64,000 nt of DNA from a virus. A model generated the notes under the pieces. It had not been told where the DNA came from. It was given only the letters and a program-made list of their open reading frames with translations, and did no database searches. Location of the stretch: the IMG/VR virus record IMGVR_UViG_3300020599_000003, positions 64,001-128,000 of that record. One strand, given 5' to 3'. The position numbers and the translations under genes were made by a program. Position 1 is the first letter of the stretch, and every line of letters begins with the position of its first letter. Of the stretch, positions 18,601 to 26,574 are shown one piece after another.

Positions 18601-20106
18601 CTGATCGAAGTACGCCTTCCGACGCTCGTTGTCGCGAGTCTGATACTCAGCATAGCGAGCAGGTTCGGCATAGTGGCAGAGGAGCAGGAAGTATGGAAGA
18701 ACCTGCACCGCATACATGACCGAGTACGTCTGATAGATGACCTCAGGCGTCTCCAGGGCCTTGATCATGCCTTGGCGGAAGTAGTTGAACACTACGTTGA
18801 AGGGCGGGAACTCGGTGCTGGCGAGGTCCACCCAGCGGATGGCTTGGCGACCCGTCTTCTCTTGGAAGACCGGCAGCAGCTTCTGGATATAGTCCAGGAC
18901 TTCGTCAGTAGCCGCGATCTCGTCGGCATTGTACACGCCAGTGTCGCGAACAGTCTGAGGGTCGGGGCGGAACTCCGGCATGCCGACAGCACGACATACG
19001 CCGACCATCTGCTTGATGGGGAGCTCACCGATCACCTTGGAAGCCAGACGGACGATATGCGTGGCGTTGGGGCGACGGCAGCGCGTTAGGTCCAGAGTCT
19101 TCAGGCTACCCATCGTGTCCGTGTAGGCGAAGCGGCCATTGGCCCAGTCCACCAGAACCGGCATGTTCTTGGGGAGCTGACGGGCTTTGACGTCCTCAGG
19201 AGTGTCGTCGGGCCGCATCAGCTGAAAGGAGCCGTCCTCACGAGTACCCGCATCGAAGTACTTCTGGTCGTAGACGCTGGCCCGGTTAAGCTCACGAGGG
19301 ATCATCAGAGGATGACCCTGATGATCGATGGTCAGCATCTCGTTGTTGACCGCGGGCTTGATCATATCCGACTTCGGCATCGTGTTCGCCAGCTTGACGA
19401 TCTGGAACGAAGCCTTCGGCGGCTTGGCCGTGAAGCCGTACTGGTGCAGAGCCCACTCCATCAGCACCGAGTAGAGGTCGGCCGGGCGGATCTGGTCGAA
19501 CTGCGTGGTCGTCAGTTGCTGCGCCTCAGCAGCCTTCACACGGACGTTCAGGAAGACGTATCCGGCCTCAGTGTAGGTCAAGGTGGCATGGCAGCCGATC
19601 AGAGCGGTCTGGATCTTGGGGAAGCCAGACATGTTCTCCACGAGCTGGTTGGTATCCAGCGAAGTGGGGACGGCAACGTCGGCATGGATGATCGCACTCT
19701 TCTCGTCCTCGTTCAGTGCAGCCCACTTGAAGAAGGCGGACAGAGATGTCTTGATGGCATCCGGCCGCACGTGGAACAGGGGCAACGATACCGCGAAGTG
19801 AGGTTCTGCACCGTCCTTGGCGAGTTCCTTACGGATGCTCATGAGGCCCTTGGGGACCTTGAACATCGGCAGACCCTTCTCGCCGGGCGAGGTGATCTCA
19901 CGGATCGTCTTGCGGTCCTTGCCGAACTTGGGGTGATTGGTGATGGTGGGGGCCAGATGACGGAAGGCCATCAAAGCATATGCAACCGGAATCTGCAGAG
20001 GCAGTACCGAGTTGTACAAGAACAGGAAGTTGGATCGGTTCGCTTCACCACCGAGGATGAGGTTCGCCGGCGTGACGAGGTTCGTCGTCGGGCGCAGAGT
20101 CAGCAT
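15628..20106 (-). CDS. Large SNF2-family (SF2) helicase/ATPase
   Basis: 1492 aa; QAGGGKT (Walker A), ACDEAH (motif II), LASGT (motif III), DTGLNLQ (motif V), EQGDSRIGR (motif VI). Confidence 0.9.
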   Translation of the reverse strand: MLTLRPTTNLVTPANLILGGEANRSNFLFLYNSVLPLQIPVAYALMAFRHLAPTITNHPKFGKDRKTIREITSPGEKGLPMFKVPKGLMSIRKELAKDGAEPHFAVSLPLFHVRPDAIKTSLSAFFKWAALNEDEKSAIIHADVAVPTSLDTNQLVENMSGFPKIQTALIGCHATLTYTEAGYVFLNVRVKAAEAQQLTTTQFDQIRPADLYSVLMEWALHQYGFTAKPPKASFQIVKLANTMPKSDMIKPAVNNEMLTIDHQGHPLMIPRELNRASVYDQKYFDAGTREDGSFQLMRPDDTPEDVKARQLPKNMPVLVDWANGRFAYTDTMGSLKTLDLTRCRRPNATHIVRLASKVIGELPIKQMVGVCRAVGMPEFRPDPQTVRDTGVYNADEIAATDEVLDYIQKLLPVFQEKTGRQAIRWVDLASTEFPPFNVVFNYFRQGMIKALETPEVIYQTYSVMYAVQVLPYFLLLCHYAEPARYAEYQTRDNERRKAYFDQRPDPEWKGESLPLAGESLGQLPHQARIRNQMRNFPHAALLPVQAGGGKTPIIIMDILKFVKARKGFPYLIMCPSHLVAQYISEIAFFTGGKLNPVPINTASCNSNGLERLTRIIQTAPRNTVVIVDYDVCSRIATDRVVYGTTPVNVYHIIEFLKQFDFQYVACDEAHYLRRMSARTEAVQRLILDIPYKRLASGTFAHDSVSDLASQLSLIDPTMFGTREEFNERYGLELAGGRVKTWRPGAEAEIKAEIKRNMVEARAYRKEWAALLPPAIERLHVVSMSENQAKAYDALVNDVMEEIEEKAKSNPLLQKWLSKQKGEKVEDEGEEAADDDISADSMEQLLKKYLARVERFCTAMGRDDWGKANLSGPDLISPKITKIIELIREHISQGIPGKIIVFTNYTWSAQEIYDALPPDIKSRFVLYTAAKKTEAMAKFEAEGTIGMVGVSASMDTGLNLQSASRLIRDGLVWNPGTLEQGDSRIGRPQLKKVEQRDHIYYDTVLLDGTVDITKMCRIYSKLLSVSKYDNSDDPKYGQLPDLPVISMKFDNLNEYKSIHDPQVKQFYEGYSDYKYIRDADYKEYRERYKGENRLTLEPVEHAPDPEDAAILEQTPYIPGYDLPYKDQLGLVRLDHFLNENIKISEESELDDSTDEDDLQAQSAAWVAEANTLVKGAMIHTQNGEGKIVKIGPNTVTYVTNEGVKATQRFSTVFIMNKRLKGGVRRSIADHLKMPLHVVEGIAGTKAQRRAEQKVPKLGKGQVVAPPVEEKLSIEIWPIIINGFLALEYTPSGDADPNVTALQSVGFRAAPAYKYAEIKNHKHLLNQMKMWAEHGLKLDPKMPELNEQLKNMWLMLKSGKSLSTGGLIRFATQNSMKNFMRLELKPSNDPNLIRPFPLIENDGMYIVLPVTGQLGTRKAIQLRRPLTKWFDGPHVLQCWTLNVPKSVEVVKNLMNSGVQIANVKELERELKALRKAPVRSDERAVHEMDQPRKK

Positions 20107-20137
20107 TGGAGAGCCCTTTTGTGGCTGGAGGAATGGT

Positions 20138-20146
20138 ATAAAACTG
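20138..20146 (-). promoter_or_regulatory. Promoter motif variant CAGTTTTAT
   Basis: One mismatch to consensus, 32 nt upstream of the helicase start. Confidence 0.5.
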
Positions 20147-20202
20147 GGGAGCGCTGAAACGACAAAACCCTCCGAGAGCGTGAACTCCAGGAGGGCTTAG
20201 GA

Positions 20203-20748
20203 TCAACTGGTTTTTCTCATGAACTTCTCGACGCTCCATCCTTTGCCGAGAAGAACGATACGGACATCCTTACGTTGGGCTACCTTCGGGTTGATGTCCT
20301 GACCAAGAAACTTCAGGGTGTCCGAGTTGAGCTGCTTCACCAGGAACCACGGGTTGGTCTTGGCCAAGGATTGCCACAAGCGGTTCGCTGAATAGCTGTG
20401 GCGCTCACCCGAGATGAAGCAGTAGCCCTCGTTCAGCACCTGTTGATACAGACGTCGCATGAGCCCTCTGCCCCTGTACTCAGGTAGAAGGACACTGTGA
20501 GGGTTCACGATCTTGAAGTCGTCGAAGCCCCCGAAGCTGTTGGAGTAGCGCCCAATGACCTTGCCATCGTGGATGATGACTCGGTCGTCGTCACGCGTCC
20601 CCATGTCCTGGTAGAAGAACCCATCCCCGAGCGGCTTGAACCGCTTCGGGTTGAGGTCATCTTCCCAGACGTGCAGGTTCTTGACCTTAGTGTCCGGCAT
20701 CAGAGCCGTTGCGGACAGGCGCTGGGCGATGCGGCTGAGTGTGCTCAT
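20203..20748 (-). CDS. GNAT-like acetyltransferase with N-terminal IAxRL signal
   Basis: 181 aa from ATG 20748 (MSTLSRIAQRLSATA); acetyl-CoA motif A LLPEYRGRGLMRRLY; SANRLWQSL. Confidence 0.7.
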   Translation of the reverse strand: MSTLSRIAQRLSATALMPDTKVKNLHVWEDDLNPKRFKPLGDGFFYQDMGTRDDDRVIIHDGKVIGRYSNSFGGFDDFKIVNPHSVLLPEYRGRGLMRRLYQQVLNEGYCFISGERHSYSANRLWQSLAKTNPWFLVKQLNSDTLKFLGQDINPKVAQRKDVRIVLLGKGWSVEKFMRKTS

Positions 20749-21443
20749 ATGCGATATCCGTTGCCGTCGCTGGGGCGCGAACTGACCGAGGCAGCAGGCC
20801 AGATGCGTTTGTCGATCACCAGCTTGAGTTGCTCGGCGGTTGGTAGGCGATAGTGCGCGAGCGCAGGAAGCTCGTCGCAGCGTATGACGTAGGACAGATG
20901 CCACCGAGTTGGGTGGTCGATGGCGTCGTTGGTCAGACGGATCTGCGTCCGACGTGGATAGACTTCGACCACGTAGGCTTGGTCACGACGCTTCCAGCGG
21001 AAATGGTGTGACAGGAGAGCGTGAACCTGATTGGGCCGCACAGGCTCCAGAAGAGCATCCACCATGACCAGGAAGCCCTGACCGTTGAGGATGCTGAACT
21101 GCTTGGCCCGCTTGATATTTACCACCCTCAGAATCTTGCTGTTGTTCAGCCACTTGCTGAGTCTCATCTTCTCCGTGCGGAGGAAATTGATGATGCGCCC
21201 ATTGGCGTCAGCGCGGTTAGCGAACGCTGGCTTGCGAGTCTCGTCGCAGAGCTCCACAAAGGCTTGCACACATGCACGCCAGAGAGCCTTGGGAGGGGCT
21301 GAGGGGAACTTCTCCCGCACCGCGGTGACCGCCATACGCCATTCGGGAGCGCGGGCAGCGACGAAGAACGAGGGGATGATGTTGGGGTCAGGGGCAGCCC
21401 ACGGAGTGGCCGTCACCTGGGGCACGTAGAAGTTGAGTGCCAT
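20745..21443 (-). CDS. Hypothetical protein
   Basis: 232 aa; tightly coupled to its neighbours. Confidence 0.7.
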   Translation of the reverse strand: MALNFYVPQVTATPWAAPDPNIIPSFFVAARAPEWRMAVTAVREKFPSAPPKALWRACVQAFVELCDETRKPAFANRADANGRIINFLRTEKMRLSKWLNNSKILRVVNIKRAKQFSILNGQGFLVMVDALLEPVRPNQVHALLSHHFRWKRRDQAYVVEVYPRRTQIRLTNDAIDHPTRWHLSYVIRCDELPALAHYRLPTAEQLKLVIDKRIWPAASVSSRPSDGNGYRI

Positions 21444-21445
21444 CG

Positions 21446-22153
21446 TCAGCGAGCCCGAGCGAGACGAGCCAGCACCCGAGCAGTGATGTTCTCCATCTCA
21501 GGCTGGCGCTTGGTGACAGACGGAACCAGCGGACCGTCGTCGAGGGTGGGACCCTTGTCGAACGGCGTGTATGAACCGTCGCCCTCGGTGTCCTCCTGGA
21601 TCTCCGTGGAGTCCTTCGGGTCCAGACTCCCGTCGGACATGGTGACCCCCTTGTAGGTCATGAGGTCCTGGCCGATGTCTCCGGAGACGGAGCGCTCGTC
21701 GATGGACATATCCAGATCATCCACTCCGGGAGTCATGGCGGCCAGCAGACCAGCCTCGACAGTGTCGCCCTCTTCCTCGTCACCGAGAGCTTGCTCGTTG
21801 AAGGACTGAGCGTTCTCGTCCTCGACGAACTTCTGCTCCTCCGGAGGTTCAGCAAGGAGGGGCGCGTCAGGATCGTCCTGATCGGCATCGATGTGGTAGC
21901 CCTGCTCTTCGCGCTCGAGCTCAGACAGCATGCGATATGCCACAGCCTCCAGCGTCTCCTTGTCGGTGCCGCAGGCTTCGGCCAGAGAGTGGAATTGGGC
22001 ATCGGAGGGGGTGGGGTTGATCTCCAGGAACAGGGAGATCAGCTTCGAGTATTGTTCAAACATTTTGCGTCCTCGTGAGCGTACTTCGGATTCAGTGAAG
22101 AACCTGCCCGCCTGAGCAGCCTCACTGCGCAGCAGTTGCTGACTGATCGACAT
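21446..22153 (-). CDS. Hypothetical acidic head-type protein
   Basis: 235 aa from ATG 22153; acidic middle; C-terminal ENITARVLARLARAR. Confidence 0.7.
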   Translation of the reverse strand: MSISQQLLRSEAAQAGRFFTESEVRSRGRKMFEQYSKLISLFLEINPTPSDAQFHSLAEACGTDKETLEAVAYRMLSELEREEQGYHIDADQDDPDAPLLAEPPEEQKFVEDENAQSFNEQALGDEEEGDTVEAGLLAAMTPGVDDLDMSIDERSVSGDIGQDLMTYKGVTMSDGSLDPKDSTEIQEDTEGDGSYTPFDKGPTLDDGPLVPSVTKRQPEMENITARVLARLARAR

Positions 22154-22154
22154 G

Positions 22155-22469
22155 TTAGAAGGGGTCCTGGGTTTTTCGCTTGCCGCCGCGCTCCGCATGG
22201 AGATGGCCGTGGCGCTTGTTGTGGCAGGTATTACAGATGCAGGCAAGGTTGGACATGGAGGTCAAGCCACCACGAGAGAGCGGCTTGATGTGATGAACTT
22301 CAGTGGCGGGACTCTTGCACCAGATGCAGGTGTTGCGGTCGCGGAGGCGTACCCGCGCCGCAATCTCGTACCATCCGGCCTTCTGCTGTTGGCCGAACTG
22401 GTTCGTGTTGTAGTTGGCACGAACTATGTGCGAGACCCCCGACTTGTGGCGTCGGATGAATGGCTTCAC
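22155..22469 (-). CDS. HNH endonuclease (small, HK97 gp74-like; start uncertain)
   Basis: RDRNTCIWC...EVHHIKPLSRGG...NLACICNTCHNKRH. Confidence 0.88.
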   Translation of the reverse strand: MKPFIRRHKSGVSHIVRANYNTNQFGQQQKAGWYEIAARVRLRDRNTCIWCKSPATEVHHIKPLSRGGLTSMSNLACICNTCHNKRHGHLHAERGGKRKTQDPF

Positions 22470-22471
22470 GC

Positions 22472-22855
22472 TTACTTCCAGACGTTGATGGAACCGGCAG
22501 GGAGATCGTCGCCGGCAACCTGACCGCCCTTGACCTTGAGGATCTTCTTGACGAACCACTTGTTGTGGGGCCTGCCACGGATGTTGGTGAGGATCACGCC
22601 TTCCTTCACACCCTTCGGAGCCGAAGCTGAGTCGGACACGATGTAGGCGGTGGCCGGTGCGCGCATGCCGCCCGTGAGGCGCTCTTGCAGCACGACGAGG
22701 CTCTTGGCGCTCGGATACTTCTTGAGGATCTGGGCCGGAGTGCCACGACCGCCAGCAGGCATCCAGGCGAAATCGAGGACGGCACCCCGAGAGGGTGCAG
22801 CGGTCACGGAGGTTGCTTGCAGGCGAGCGGTGATGTTCTTCAGGATTTGGGTCAT
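22472..22855 (-). CDS. Hypothetical basic protein with ITARL signal
   Basis: 127 aa from ATG 22855 (GAGG RBS): MTQILKNITARLQATSVTA. Confidence 0.75.
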   Translation of the reverse strand: MTQILKNITARLQATSVTAAPSRGAVLDFAWMPAGGRGTPAQILKKYPSAKSLVVLQERLTGGMRAPATAYIVSDSASAPKGVKEGVILTNIRGRPHNKWFVKKILKVKGGQVAGDDLPAGSINVWK

Positions 22856-22856
22856 G

Positions 22857-24179
22857 TTAGTTTCCTCGTAGTATTGAGATCTTGTCGCCGATGGCATCCA
22901 TCTTCTTACCGATGGCGTCGGCCTTGTCCTGGATAGCTTGGCGCAACTTGGGGGACTTGACCGCACCGAACCACTTCTTGCGGAGCTTGCTGAGCAGAGC
23001 CTTCTCCTGTACAGCCAGTTCTTTCCATTGCTTGTGGAGAATCTTCAATGCTCGTATGCGACGGGGCAAGGAGTCCTGATAGCTGCGCTGGCCGATCTTC
23101 TGACGAATGTCCTCGACGTGCCGTTCGAGCTTCTTGCGGGTCTCAGGGTCCTGCTCCTTGCGGAGGTGCTTCGAAATCTCCTTGAGCTCAGCCATACCCG
23201 CGTCGTATTCCTTGCGCTTGTTGGTCTTCCCGAAGGCCAGATGCTTGAGCCGATCAGTGAACGTGGACTCAGGGTGCTCCTTGAGGTATTCCTCCTGCTT
23301 GGACTTGGCCCAGCCACGGAACGCCTCGTAGGTGGGACCAGCCTCGACCTGCGTAGGAGTAGAAGCCAGATAGCCACCCAGGGGAGCGACCAGGCGCGGA
23401 TCATCCAGGTCGGCACCCACGTCATGTACCTGACCCGATGCGCCGCCCCCGAATCCGAAGGAGCTCACCATGTTGCCAGTGGTACTCTCGCTGCCAAGCC
23501 CATAGGCGTCGTCTAGACGCCCTCCAGGACCGGAACTGCCAATCATACCATTGGTGTAGCGCGGATCCTGCGTGTTCTCACCGATGGTGGCGAAGTAGCG
23601 TCCCTGCGGAGGGTTCTGGTAGAACTCGGCGCGGAGCTCCTGATCTGCCGACACGTAGTTGGGGGCGATACCGTAGTCTTCTTCGAAGTACTCTGCACGC
23701 GCTTTGTCCAGCACTTGACGAAAGCGAGGGTCGCGGAGGGCCTTCTCGAAGTTGGGATGTAGAGGAGTCGGCGGGGTTGCTGACCAGCAGAAGTCGGTAT
23801 GCTCGTGGTTCAAGACAGGCTCGAACTCTTCGTGACACACACCCAGGAAATTGTAGTAGCTGAAGCCGGGGGAGTCGAAACGGTAGAACGGGTACAGGAC
23901 GAACTCGTCGATGTCGACCTGCCCCTCCTCCATGAACTCCCGCTTGATGGCCTGCACGATACTCTCGCCAGGATCGACCCCTCCACCAAGACACGCCCAC
24001 ACGTTCGGAGCGTCGCCAATGTTGGAGCGCTTCACGAACAGGAACCGGCCAGTGTCGGGGCAGTAGATGACCGCCCCTGCGGCCTTGCCAGTGGAGGCAT
24101 CCGAGCGCAGATGGTAGGGGATGTTGTCCGACGGCAGCTCAAGCGTCACCCGAGCGTCGCTCTTGTGGAGGGGGTACAT
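22857..24179 (-). CDS. Nudix hydrolase fused to unknown C-terminal domains
   Basis: Nudix box GGGVDPGESIVQAIKREFMEEG; LNHEH; Gly-rich linker; basic coiled-coil C-terminus. Confidence 0.85.
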   Translation of the reverse strand: MYPLHKSDARVTLELPSDNIPYHLRSDASTGKAAGAVIYCPDTGRFLFVKRSNIGDAPNVWACLGGGVDPGESIVQAIKREFMEEGQVDIDEFVLYPFYRFDSPGFSYYNFLGVCHEEFEPVLNHEHTDFCWSATPPTPLHPNFEKALRDPRFRQVLDKARAEYFEEDYGIAPNYVSADQELRAEFYQNPPQGRYFATIGENTQDPRYTNGMIGSSGPGGRLDDAYGLGSESTTGNMVSSFGFGGGASGQVHDVGADLDDPRLVAPLGGYLASTPTQVEAGPTYEAFRGWAKSKQEEYLKEHPESTFTDRLKHLAFGKTNKRKEYDAGMAELKEISKHLRKEQDPETRKKLERHVEDIRQKIGQRSYQDSLPRRIRALKILHKQWKELAVQEKALLSKLRKKWFGAVKSPKLRQAIQDKADAIGKKMDAIGDKISILRGN

Positions 24180-24189
24180 CGAGGCTCCT

Positions 24190-24492
24190 TTACTGAGGGG
24201 TGCGAGTGGGCTTGGCCGTCTTGGCCAGCTTCTTGGCGTCGTCCGGGGTAATGGTCATCACCTTGTTGATGCCGTGGTCTTCCGCCTGCACCAGACGGAT
24301 GTGCTTCCCATTGGATGAGGGGCGCACGCCGTAGACCTCGTTCTTGTCGATGACGAGCGGACCCCTGCTAGTTTGCAGAGTCAGTTTACCGCCTCGGTGC
24401 TGGAACCACTGGTATTCGTCCTCACCCTTGATGCGAGCCTCCAGTTGCGAGTGGACCTGGAGGCGAGCCGCGATCTTGGAGATAGTGTTCAT
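24190..24492 (-). CDS. Hypothetical small protein with IAARL signal
   Basis: MNTISKIAARLQVHSQLEA; 100 aa. Confidence 0.75.
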   Translation of the reverse strand: MNTISKIAARLQVHSQLEARIKGEDEYQWFQHRGGKLTLQTSRGPLVIDKNEVYGVRPSSNGKHIRLVQAEDHGINKVMTITPDDAKKLAKTAKPTRTPQ

Positions 24493-24773
24493 TTCGGCTT
24501 CTTCTTTTCCAGGAGGGATTTGGCGTGCTCCAGACGGCTCTTGTCCTCAGCGGACAGGTTATCACCGGCTCGGTTGATGTAAAATTGCAGCCTGGAAGAA
24601 GCCTGAGCGTAGTCCTCGGAGGCTCGCATCAGACCGTTGGCGATGTCTTGGGCGGAACGCGAGAAGAAGCCCTCCGGAGGGCTCCACTTCGTATCCACTT
24701 TACCCGACCACTTCTCAGCGGTGAGGGTGTTGGCGAGGGCGAGCCGCGCAGCAATGGTTCGGATTTGTGACAT
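24489..24773 (-). CDS. DUF3175-like protein with IAARL signal
   Basis: 94 aa from ATG 24773; KWS...ASSRLQFYINRAGDNLSAEDKSRLEHAK resembles the DUF3175 signature (MLxFYINRAGxNL) as recalled. Confidence 0.6.
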   Translation of the reverse strand: MSQIRTIAARLALANTLTAEKWSGKVDTKWSPPEGFFSRSAQDIANGLMRASEDYAQASSRLQFYINRAGDNLSAEDKSRLEHAKSLLEKKKPK

Positions 24774-24807
24774 AGTATCCTCGACGGGGCTTTCCGCCCC
24801 GGTTGAT

Positions 24808-25617
24808 TTACAGCACGTTGATGGGGACAATGACCGCAGCGGTGTCGCCGTTGTCTTCGTTGGTCGCCGTCAGGGAGATGGTGTAGCGACCGTAGGGGAT
24901 GTCTTCGTCACGCATCGACTCAGGCATGAGCTTGCCCTTGATGAAGTCGAAGATGTACGATTGGATATTCTGTACGACCGTGACGTCGTCGCTCCGGAAG
25001 CTGTCAGTGATCGAATCACCTTCCTGGCTGTTCCAGGAGTTGGCTGAGGCGTCGTACTCCAGCATCAGGTTCGGAGCCTGCTGACCACCGCTGTTGAGGC
25101 CAATGCTGAGGTCGATGGTGTAGTCCGACAGCTTGACGTTTTCGCCACGGCAGGCGACGCTGAATGCGAAGGCCCAGGCATTGCCATCCACATCGGAGCG
25201 AGACATCGTGTAGACGCCATTGGCATCCGAACTGACCGGAGCCGGGCTGTGTCGGTAGCGAGGGCTGATGCCAACCTGGATGGAGGCCGTGTTGCTGATG
25301 GCCCACTTGTTGACAGGGTTGCCCGAGCCATTGAGCATCCACTTGCCCTTGCCATCTAGGGTCGCATTGCTCCATAGAGTCCCGTTCGAGAAGGAGCCAG
25401 GGCTGAGCTGGCTCGCCAGAGAAACGGGCAGCACACTCGGGTATGCGAAGCCTGCGAACGCCTTGGAGATCTCGAAGGGCTGGCCGGATTGGTAGGCTTC
25501 ACTGGCAACGAAGGGCTGAACCCACCGGAGGTCCTCGATCGCGAAGGCATCGCCTTCAGTGACGGGGAAGCCAGATTCGCGCATCATCTTCTTGATTTCA
25601 GGATAGTACGATTGCAT
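24808..25617 (-). CDS. Hypothetical virion protein (beta-rich)
   Basis: 269 aa with GGAG RBS; Ser/Asn/Gly rich. Confidence 0.7.
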   Translation of the reverse strand: MQSYYPEIKKMMRESGFPVTEGDAFAIEDLRWVQPFVASEAYQSGQPFEISKAFAGFAYPSVLPVSLASQLSPGSFSNGTLWSNATLDGKGKWMLNGSGNPVNKWAISNTASIQVGISPRYRHSPAPVSSDANGVYTMSRSDVDGNAWAFAFSVACRGENVKLSDYTIDLSIGLNSGGQQAPNLMLEYDASANSWNSQEGDSITDSFRSDDVTVVQNIQSYIFDFIKGKLMPESMRDEDIPYGRYTISLTATNEDNGDTAAVIVPINVL

Positions 25618-25664
25618 GGAAACGCTCCTTGTATCTTGGCGATCGCCGATTGTGGAAGGACGTC

Positions 25665-26090
25665 TTAGGCGTAGCTCTTCGGCTTGGTAGCCGTGCCACG
25701 AGGTGTTCGAGCCGTTGACTTCGGGGTACGGGCCGTGGACTTCGGAGTCTTGGCTGTGCCCGGAGGCTTGGTGACGATGCTCTTGCCTGGCTTGATGGGC
25801 TTCTTCTTGCGCATCAAGTCCTTGGCCTTGTCGAGCTTCTGACGGTCAGCCGGGGTTGAATTACGCCCTGAACGGTTGTTCACGAAGTTGAGCTGGGACA
25901 TGGCCTTACCGTAGTCATACCGCTTCAGTAGCTCCTGTGAGATACGTGCCGGAGACTCCTTATAGAGCCCCTCCGGCGGCTTCTGGTCAGGGTTGGTGGC
26001 TCGGTACTTCTCCTTGACCTTGCGGGTCGCCTCCTTGGACCACTTCTTGTAAGCCTGGAGGCGGGCAGCAATCAGTGGGATGCAGGACAT
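25665..26090 (-). CDS. Second DUF3175-like paralog with basic repetitive tail
   Basis: MSCIPLIAARLQA; KKWS...PPEGLY...AMSQLNFVNNRSGRN...KLDKAK; C-terminal TAKTPKS/TARTPKS/TARTPRG/TATKPKS heptad repeats. Confidence 0.6.
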   Translation of the reverse strand: MSCIPLIAARLQAYKKWSKEATRKVKEKYRATNPDQKPPEGLYKESPARISQELLKRYDYGKAMSQLNFVNNRSGRNSTPADRQKLDKAKDLMRKKKPIKPGKSIVTKPPGTAKTPKSTARTPKSTARTPRGTATKPKSYA

Positions 26091-26175
26091 ACGGGCTCCT
26101 CAGGACTCGAGAGCCTTGATGGACTGCTCGGTCTTCTTGACTCCGGCGGCAGCCAGATCGCACTGACTGTGCTCC

Positions 26176-26183
26176 ATAAAATT
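26176..26183 (-). promoter_or_regulatory. Promoter motif variant (G)AATTTTAT
   Basis: Intergenic, 86 nt upstream of the 26090 start; preceded by a 14-bp palindrome. Confidence 0.5.
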
Positions 26184-26212
26184 CTCAACCTTGAGAGGTC
26201 GAAGCTTCGACT

Positions 26213-26536
26213 CTACACGCGGACGTTACCGCGATTGTCGAAGAAGCGGCCGGAGATGCGGCCGAAGCCCACGCCAGCCAGTTCCACATCCTCGTTGAAC
26301 ACGGCCACGGTGTTCCCGTGCTCGTCTTTCGCCGTGTGTTGAATCACCATCTTGGAGGGGTGGCGATCCGTCTTGAGACCGAGCTTCTTGCAAGCCGCCT
26401 GCCATTCCTTGAGGTTGCTGAAGCGGACCTCGGAGGTGGCAAAGCCAGCATCGGTTTCGACATCAGCGTCGACGGCAGTGGCACGCAGAGGGTTGGCTCG
26501 TGCGAGACGAGTAGTGATGGACTGAAGTACGGACAT
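26213..26536 (-). CDS. Hypothetical protein with ITTRL signal
   Basis: MSVLQSITTRLARANPLRATA; 107 aa. Confidence 0.75.
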   Translation of the reverse strand: MSVLQSITTRLARANPLRATAVDADVETDAGFATSEVRFSNLKEWQAACKKLGLKTDRHPSKMVIQHTAKDEHGNTVAVFNEDVELAGVGFGRISGRFFDNRGNVRV

Positions 26537-26574
26537 GCTTTATACACCTTGTAGTTTGAGAGGAGGGGCAGAGA

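Noticed and set aside
22330-22370. EIAARVRLRD in the HNH protein as another leader motif
   Set aside because: It is internal and matches the usual R..V..RD context preceding HNH zinc knuckles.
26100-26178. 25-aa ORF MEHSQCDLAAAGVKKTEQSIKALES
   Set aside because: Its ATG is part of the promoter-like motif, so there is no room for an RBS; it is too short to support.
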